From Raillietiella orientalis (lineage: Eukaryota), in NCBI GenBank assembly GCA_036172245.1, contig JAYWIR010000122.1:1-64000 (forward strand): a stretch of 64,000 nt of DNA, written 5' to 3'. The notes beneath the pieces were generated by a model, which saw only the letters and a list, made by a program, of their open reading frames with translations, was not told the origin of the DNA and made no database searches. This document shows positions 56,131 to 64,000 of this stretch, one piece after another. Every line of letters begins with the position of its first letter. Within the stretch, counting starts at the first letter, position 1. The translations under genes and the position numbers were made by a program.

Positions 56131-57025
56131 TTTTGGACCGAAATAAAATTGACACGATTTTACTGTTTCATTAAGTTTTCAAGGATCGCCTAATTTAATT
56201 TGCTGATTGAATTCTTTTTTCAAAATCTTTCGCGTACAAAACCATACAGACCAAGTTACAAATTTTGCATTACTATGATCTTAAACTATTATGTATTTTA
56301 CGTAATACCGTGCTTGGTGAATTCCTAAGGATTTCCGTTAAAACAGAGCGGCTCTCGACTACTTCGCAAAGAACTTCTGACCACTTTGAAATTGCAGATC
56401 CTGGAACCTACAAATTAACGTTTGTGCAAACAGCTCGCGAATTGTTTCATTCATCTCCGAAAGTTGAGAAACAAGGAAATCTTTTAGATGAAACAGGTGA
56501 TAAATCTTATTGTGCAAAATCGATTAGTTACAAATGCAACAGATCCTATTGCAATAACACTTCCAGTCATGATGTTTTCATAGTGGACACAAAACTAATG
56601 TAAACCAGTAGGTTAATGTACACCCATAGGTTGATGTATGAGTAATCAAATCCAAGTACTTATCAGAAATTTAGAATAATTAGTGCGAAATATCTCGATC
56701 ACATAGAAAAACTCATGTTTTCTTTACAAAAGTACATTCTTTGGCTCCTGTCACTAAAAATGAAAAGATGTTCTATTTGCTTGAACTCTCAGCATGCTAG
56801 GGGATATTAAATAGCACATGTCTAATTACTAGAATCAATGAAGTTTTATCGTATGCGAAACTGCAAAGAGTGATGTATTAACAAAACCACAATTTTCCCC
56901 AAGTCCCACAAGGGGTGGGGTAAATTTATTTTTCAATTTTTAAAACATTCATACTACAATTTCCATTCACACAATACACTACCACTTTCACTTGAAGGCC
57001 CTTTGGGTTACTCAAAGTTCTGCAC

Positions 57026-59331
57026 TCAGGGTGGGTTTCCAGATGTTTGGTCCCGGGCGTCGTCCTCAATCCTCTTCAGGATGAATCGGGACGTCCAGGC
57101 CTGGAGTCGTCCACAGTTCCTGATACCGATCTCCCTGAGGATGAGTCCTTGTAGGATCTCCATGGGGGTTCTGGTTCTCCTGGCTTTCCTCATATTCCAC
57201 CACCGCACAAGTATGGCGGTGAAGAGAGCAATGGTCATCCTCACCATGGGATTGTACCAGGGAACATTACCATCTCCCTGAAACATCCCGGCGAGGATTT
57301 CCATCACAGATTTGTTGTTTTGTCCTATGATCCTTTTCAGGATCAGCCAGTCGCGTAGCAAAGTGGGATACGTCAAGATGTGGAGTCTCGTATCGATGTC
57401 TCCACATGCCGTGCAGTCTTCCCGTCTTCCTGTGAAGTGCTTGAGCCTGGACCCGCTCTGGATTCCTCCATGATAGAACATCAGGAGGTCGTCCAGGGTG
57501 TCCGGCGGAAGGTCACTCCTCCAGAGTGTCGTGCCAATCGCCAACAGGTTAAAACGGTTACTCCCGTAGCGATCGGAGGCTTTTTGGAGGGTACTGGTGT
57601 CTTGGTCTTCATCCTTAATCATTCTTCGGAGGTTCATCTTGGTTACCCTAGACCATGCGAAGTCGTTGTGGTTTTTCCAGACTTCGCGAGTCTTGTGGGT
57701 AAACCTACCTAACATCATCTCTATATACCGAAGTATACGAGTGTGATGTGGGTATACTCCTCTTCTGAACTCCTGGATGCGTTGTAGGGTAACTCTGGAC
57801 CGCTGGTAGATCCAGCTTCTGGTGTCCTGGAGGACCGGAAGCATCCATGGGATCACCAGGATGGACTCCTCCTGCCAGAGTTCCCTACTTTTGGGCACGA
57901 TTTTTATCTTGTGCTTTCGCACTAGCCTTTGTTTTCTTGTCCAGGTGGGGTCGATGGTTCTCCATTCCCCTGTTCGGCCTAGCAGCGCAGTCATCAGGCC
58001 TTTCGAGTTGTTCAACAACAACGCGTAGGCCCTGTGTGCCGCGTATGACCAGTCGTCCCAGTGAGTAGCGATATCCAGGATGTGTCGCGTATCCATGATT
58101 TCCATGGAATGTGCAAGCGACTTCATCCCGGAGCCGCCTTCTTCCCTGGGACGACACAGTTGTTTCAACCGACTCTTGGGCGATAGTGTCCCCACAATGT
58201 CTTTCTCTGCAGCTTTTCCACTTCTCTGGTGTTTTCTTTGTTCAACCTGGAGAAGGCCGTTCCGAAGAGCACCTTTGGAAGGAGTACTCCATTCCATAGG
58301 TTGGCCTTTCGCTTCATGTCAAAACCCAGTCGGGTGTACTTCGCTGCTTCCTCTGCCGTTTTCCCCAGCATTTCCTTCCACAGTAGCTCCGACGCAGAGT
58401 CGTCGCCAATGTGGACTCCCAGGTACTTGGACGTGTCCAACGTTCGGAATCCTCTCCCCGTGTGAGCGGAGAGGTCCAGGATTCCGACGGGCAAAAGCTG
58501 GCTCTTCTGGGCGTTGATCTTCAGGCCCAGTCCCTCCTTCATGAGCATCACCACATCCAAAAACGCTTGTTGATCCCTCTTTCCCCTGATGAAGAAGAGA
58601 AGATCATCCGCGTAGGCGAGATGGGTGAGCTTCTGGTTGTCCATTTCCATCCCTTGTAATCTCCCACTCTTCTCAATGAATGAAGAGAGCGCCTCCATAT
58701 AGATAACAAACAGCATCGGACTTAGCGAGTCTCCTTGCCGGACTCCTCGTTCCATCCGAATAGCTGCTGTTTCCAAACCGTTGATCTTTATCCGGAAACG
58801 TTGATTCCGGAGGATCATTTCCACGAAGGTACTGGAGTATTCCGGAAGTCCCAGCTTTTCCAGAATCTTCAGCAGCATCCCATGGTCGATGGTGTCGAAG
58901 GCTTTCTCCATGTCGGTGAACGCCAGCACCAGGTTCTCGCCGACGTATCTGCTACGTCCCACGGTAGCTTGCGCACACTTAACATTGTCCGACATGTGGC
59001 GTCCGGGTACCGCACATGTCTGGACGGGAGAAATCAGCCTCGACATAACTTTGCTTCAGAGGTTGGCCCAGATCTTTGCAACCACTTGGCATCCGAGTTA
59101 AGGATTGAGATTGGCCTCCATTGAGTGACCTGCGTTAGATCACCTCCTTTTCGGCAGCAATCTCGTCCTACTCCCTCAGAAGGACTCCGGCAATCGTCCT
59201 TCTTAGAAGCACACGATGTCTTGTTGTGCGATGATCCGCACAATCCTTCTTCTTTTAACCTGGTCGATCAGACCATTTACATTCCAGGAGGCGATGTTAA
59301 TCCTCCTGGCGGTCGATAGGGTTGAGGCCAT
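57026..59331 (-). pseudogene. ORF2 (APE stub fused to RT and C-terminal zinc knuckle) of the Tx1-like element
   Basis: RT motifs lie in ORF 58165..59046 and the C-terminal part in 57026..58297. There are stops and frameshifts at ~59000-59205 and ~58200-58290. Confidence 0.88.
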
Positions 59332-59343
59332 AAAGGGGAAGAC

Positions 59344-61211
59344 CTACTTCTTGGCCTTCCTGAGCTTCTTCTGTCTGGGAGAGCGTGGTGCTCTTCCAGA
59401 CGAAGAAGAGGGAGCGGGTTACTCGCTGCCAGCGTCTCTCTCCGTCCCGGTGAGATTGGTGATATCGGTCTCCTCGGTGGAGTGCTCGGCTCGTGCGACG
59501 AGCTTGCGTGGGAGGGCTTCCAAAGCCATCTTGGCTCAGAAGTTTGCCTTTACGTCGAGAAGTTTGTCTTCCAGTTTCTCGCGCTCGGCAACCTCCACCA
59601 CCTGGTTGACGGTTTCTTGTGCGTTGCAGATCTTCTGCAGGAGTTGCTCCTGCTGAGGTCTGCTCTTCACTTCCATCACCTCCTCCGCCAATTTCTCGAC
59701 CTCTTCGGTAGTCTGCAGGGCCTCCTGCGACACCGGAGTGGATTCCACCTTTTCCGCCCTATCGCTTTCTTCCGCTACTTCCATCTTTTCGCCTTCCACT
59801 GCCAATACTTCCTGGGTTAGAGGAGTTTCCTGCTCCTTGACGAGCATCTTCCTCTTCCCCTTCTTCCCAACTTCAACAAAGCCGTCCGCCGAAACCGGAG
59901 AGGCCTCCCTCGCCTTCCTCTGCTTTAATTGTTTTTGCGGTTTCATAACCTCCGCCAAGACCTCCCTTACGGGAGACTGGCCACGCATCGTCCGGTAGTT
60001 TGCGAACTCCGGGCAGCTCCACCTCGCGTGCCCTGGCTGCTTGCAAAACGAGCAGACCTCGGGCATATCGCAACTGCGTACCAGGTGCCCTGCTTCCCAC
60101 AGCGGAAGCAGCGAGACCTGGGGCAGGCACCCTGACGATGGCCGAAATGTTTGCAACCTGTGCGGAACACAGGTTGCTGCCTATGAAAGATAGAGACCTC
60201 CTGGGAGTCTCCATCAATATGCACAATCCCAGGGTTCTGTGCCTCCTCCTGCAGCTTCACCTTGGCGATCACCTCGCCAGAGAAGATTTTTCCTGAGAAG
60301 AAGTTCTGGAACTCTACCTCCAGAATCTCCCCAAACTTGGACAAGAATTCCCAAACGGCATCCTGCTCGGTAGTGACGCCAACACCTCTCAGGAAGACGG
60401 TCATGTACGGCATTTCGCCGATCCCACAGACCATCCGCCCCTGGATGTTGATGCCCTTCTCGATCAGGGCCTCCCTCAGTGGTTCACTATCTGTATAGAT
60501 AGTGAACCCCGATGTACTCGGAATGATCGCCTCCAGACGATCAAGTCCACATTGGTCTTATATAAGGCCATAAGGCCTTACATTATTGAAGCGGATCAGT
60601 CCGGTCTTAAACGTTATCGGTTTGGATTCCGGACTAAGCCGCACAATCGGCTCCTTGACCCGGGTGATCTTTACCCTCTCGGCTCTGCAAAATTTTCTCT
60701 GCGGCTGGGCACTTGCCTGGCCCGCCGCCACCGCTGCAAAAGGAAAAGGCTGCACCGCCGCAGCCGAGCAAGATGGCGTCGCGATGTTCGCCATGTGGAC
60801 GCCCGCGGGTCCCGCCTGGGACGCCGCCTCGGGCGTGACCTTATCCGCCGCCGCGAGCGCGACCCTTGGCATCGCCGCCGCCGGCGCGACCGTTGCGGCC
60901 GCGGGCGCGATCCTCGGCGTCGCCGCCGCGGGCACGACTTCCACTGTCGCCGCCGCGGGAGCGATCCTCTGCCTCGTCGCCGCCTCGCCACTGCCGTACT
61001 GTACCTCCATTTCTTCTATGGGGGACGTCGGCCTCCTCGCTCCTCCTACTGTTGCCTGCATCCTGGCGGCTGGTACTGCCGCTGAGGAAGTTTGCAGGTT
61101 TTCCGCCGTGGTCTCCTCGGCGCTTCTGCTGCAGTTGTAAGAGATGATCCTCGGCAGCACTGTCTTTTCCACACTCACTTTCTTATTGACACTTGTCCTC
61201 TCAGGGCACAC
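59344..61211 (-). pseudogene. ORF1 (gag-like, RRM plus 3x CCHC) of the Tx1-like element
   Basis: Overlapping ORF pieces 60558..61211, 59967..60434 and 59536..60156, and a basic tail SPRQKKLRKAKK* ending at 59344. Confidence 0.85.
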
Positions 61212-61234
61212 ACGATCACAACTGACTACAATTA

Positions 61235-61279
61235 ATTAACCGTCGTGATCACAATCAAACCTTGAAGCCAGGTAAGTAT
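61235..61279 (-). ncRNA. U1 snRNA 5' fragment (splice-site-binding end plus stem-loop I)
   Basis: The minus strand reads ATACTTACCTGGCTTCAAGGTTTGATTGTGATCACGACGGTTAAT. The first 13 nt equal the metazoan U1 5' end. GATCACGA (U1-70K loop) starts at nt 30, versus nt 28-29 in human and fly U1 as remembered. No stem-loop II (ATTGCAC) follows. Confidence 0.75.
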
Positions 61280-63635
61280 AACCACAACCGATTCGCCTTT
61301 CTCGCACGTGCTCTTTTCCGAATTTCAAAACTGTGAAATTTATAATTTTCCCAACTACCTAAACGTGACGTTCACGCTAACTTGTATCGGAGCAGACTAC
61401 AAGTTTCTTGAAGAAAGAATACTAAATCACAGATCTCTATCTAAGAAACAAGAATCGGATTGTTTGTTTTTATAATTTCTTCTCCCATTTGAATTTTTGA
61501 AAGTTACATACAATGTATGCAGCTTCGTATGCAAGCAGCATTCTCAAAACTCAAAACAAAATTCTATTTTCAAAACTAAAGTATATTGAATTAAAAAAAA
61601 CAACATTCTCTCAAAATTTTTATAAGTACGAACAGTGGAGACTTCTCCAAGACAGACTTTTAAAGAGCAGCGGCGGCGGCGCCGGTGGAGGGCTTCAAAG
61701 ATCTCGAGTTACCTGGTCGGCACCTGGCAGCTATTGGTGCCGTGGACTAAAGGACATGGATCAATGACGTTGCATCTGAACTGGTGACTCCAGGTCTGAG
61801 GGTGCCTAGCATCGAAATGTGGGGAGTTCGAATTGCTCTTTGTGGTATATCTGGAAACACAGGAGTGAGGGTCACGAACTGAGAAATGAACCTTGTGAAT
61901 CTGAAATGGATGACCAGGAGACGGAAGGAAGAAACAGAAAGTTGTTAGGATTTGATGCGTCACTGCCCCATCTCGCGTGGGTGATCATATGAATTCCGCT
62001 GGACTTTCTCGAATTCAAGTCCCTCAGAAGAAACTGCTGCAATCCTCTCTTACGAGCTGCCTTTCCATTACCACATCTAGACAGTCAGACAGCTAACAGA
62101 TCTATCAACCTGGTGGAATCAAATAAGAGTAGGTGGGAAAGGTCTGCTCCCTGACAACAAAGCCTATTGAATGATTTGCATACAATGTTTCACGGAGGAC
62201 TGGGGTCTTGCAGAATGTTCTTAAAGAAAATCATAAAGGTAGTGTTTTTCTGCTAGGCAAACACCACACACATCTGTCACAAGTAGAAAAAAATATTTTT
62301 TTGGGTGGGATTAGATACCTAAGAAACGTGAATGACTGTCCACTGTCACTGTACGATGATAATTCATCCGATTCAACATGCACAAAAACGCAAAAACATC
62401 GTGCATGCCACGGAAGAGCATCTCCTTGTCGAGAAAGGAAACTTCAGGGATGCTTGGAATCGTACATCCTAAATTCTGAAAAAAAACAGCGTTTTTCTTT
62501 TCAGAATTAGCGTTTTAGAGCTTTTCAGAACTTTTCGAATTAGCGCTTCTGAGAAAAGCTAAAATGCTTCTGCTTTGAAATGAGTTTTATTTGCTCGTTT
62601 CTACTTTTCTGTAGGCAGATATCCTCTCTTTCCATCAAATATTTTACTACAATAATCGTTGTTCTGAATATGCACTGAAGTTGATTTAAAAGTTCGGATT
62701 AATGATGCCAAACTCACTCCTTGAACTCCATTAATTACCTGTTTGTTCTGTGTTATAAGTATTTCCAATGTATTGAACAAAAGACTTAAAGTAAACTACT
62801 GCCCTGAATTGAAAGAAAAACTCAGATTAGGTGCAACGATATTTGCTATCATCAAGAATAATATGTATCGATGCCTCTTTTATAGATTGAATTCACCCAA
62901 AGCAATAATATTTATGCTGCACATAGACAGTTTCGGCTTCTTATTCAGCTATATAGGCACTGAAAACTATTATGGTATAACATCATGTTGCCTCTGATTT
63001 GATGAATTAGGCTACATGGCTCCAATTGCTTGATCTTGACTCATATATTTATTTTCATTACATAGATTTTCGTTTTTAATGGAACACTGTTTAACCATGC
63101 AGATTTGTCTTTTTTTATTTAGTTCTTAAGGTTTGCGTCTAGGCAATGAAGAGCATCGTTGACTTGAATTTCAGACATGCAAACATAATTTGCTCCTTTT
63201 CCAAATGTTTATATTAATGTCCAATACGAAATGTATAAGTTACGAAATGTTTTGGAATTTCTGAAGGTTTAGATGTCCTATCATACTTTATCCATATCAT
63301 ATTAAGATTGGGTATTTGTTAAAAGTAATGTCAACATGTACAAATTTTTGCTTCATTTCACTTGCATTCTTGTTTCTTTCTATCGCTTTCTCTCAGAGTA
63401 TCACAATTTTTTATTCATGGATCAACAAGATTTCGATTGACGGTTTAAATTATTGATAGAGAGTATAATTCGTTAACTTGGCATAATTTTCGAAATTGCA
63501 TAAAAGCCCATTACAGGGAAAAACGAATTTACGGACGTCATGGAAACAGAAATCACAGGAAAAAAGAAAAACTGAGTTAGTATTTAAAATACAAAACCTG
63601 AAAAGACAAATCGAGGCACGACAAAAAATTCTCGA

Positions 63636-64000
63636 AACAACTCGAGAGTCCAGGTGACTGCGTTACTGGGCCAAGCAGGGGAATGGTCAGACATTGACCC
63701 CACTTGGAGAAGGAAGCAAGCACTAGTGCAAAAGCACCAAATCAAGATTGTGCCTAGAAGCAAGGAACTCTGGGAGGGAGAATCCATCCTGGTGATCCCC
63801 TGGATGCTTCCGATATCCAGTGACACAAGGATCTGGATCTACTACCAGCCCTACAAAGAATATAACAATGGAGAAGGAGTGGGTTCTTCCACCACGCCAG
63901 GATACTAAAATATGTCGACATGATGACGGGAAAGTTCACCCACAGGACCCGCGAAGTGCGGAAAGACCATGGTAACTACGCGTGGTCCAGGGTAACCAAA
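63636..64000 (+). mobile_element. 5'-truncated copy of a related Tx1-like subfamily, running off the window
   Basis: TALLGQAGEWSDIDPTWRRKQALVQKHQIKIVPRSKELWEGESILVIPWMLP aligns with TALLGRTGEWRTIDPTWTRKQRLVRKHKIKIVPKSRELWQEESILVIPWMLP of the first element (~58020-57640). Homology starts abruptly at aacaactcga. Confidence 0.92.

Larger units (their letters stand above)
56925..61279 (-). mobile_element. Tx1/L1-clade non-LTR retrotransposon, 5'-complete, frameshifted, endonuclease largely deleted
   Basis: GC-rich island. ORF1 (~61211-59344, frameshifted) has an RRM-like region and three CCHC knuckles, including CFRCGKQGHLVRSC and CSFCKQPGHARWSC. ORF2 runs from ATG 59331 to 57026 with IASWNVNGL, WRPISILN, DMEKAFDTIDH, GVRQGDSLSPMLF, AYADD, KYLG, EEGG and a C-terminal CTACGDIDTRLH. 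AATAAA is at 56930-56925. Confidence 0.93.

Noticed and set aside
57003..61147. Many plus-strand ORFs over the retrotransposon
   Set aside because: Antisense shadows of GC-rich coding sequence with no recognisable motifs.
61343..61365. Plus-strand TAATTTTCCCAACT resembling Drosophila PSEA; also similar to AATTTTCCCCAAG at 56891 (a possible target-site duplication)
   Set aside because: Wrong strand for the U1 fragment, and no snRNA lies downstream on the plus strand. As a TSD it is imperfect and element ends cannot be fixed from one copy.
1..64000. CRISPR arrays, tRNA/rRNA genes, prokaryotic systems
   Set aside because: None seen; the sequence is eukaryotic with spliceosomal introns.

Overview
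AT-rich eukaryotic (animal, probably arthropod-like; species not determinable) genomic window with five intron-containing genes. These are TRAPPC12 (+, ~1.6-5.3 kb), PEDS1/TMEM189 (+, 7.9-12.5 kb), a divergent FHOD/Fhos formin (-, 13.0 to at least 25.4 kb), QNG1/C9orf64 (-, 51.0-53.4 kb) and PLA2G15-like lysosomal phospholipase A2 (-, 53.6-55.9 kb). Many introns are only 38-55 nt. The ~20-50 kb interval is mostly heavily decayed hAT, copia, gypsy and LINE relics. A GC-rich Tx1/L1-clade non-LTR retrotransposon lies at ~56.9-61.3 kb (-), and a second truncated relative starts at 63.6 kb (+). Two observations stand out. (1) The Tx1 element begins with a recognisable U1 snRNA 5' end (ATACTTACCTGGC...GTGATCACGA), has a PSE-like motif at the expected distance, and has lost most of its endonuclease. 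(2) QNG1 has no start codon in front of its first conserved exon and appears to take it from a small exon upstream of PLA2G15, so PLA2G15 would sit inside QNG1 intron 1 and share its first exon. All calls come from manual reading and remembered family motifs; no searches were run.
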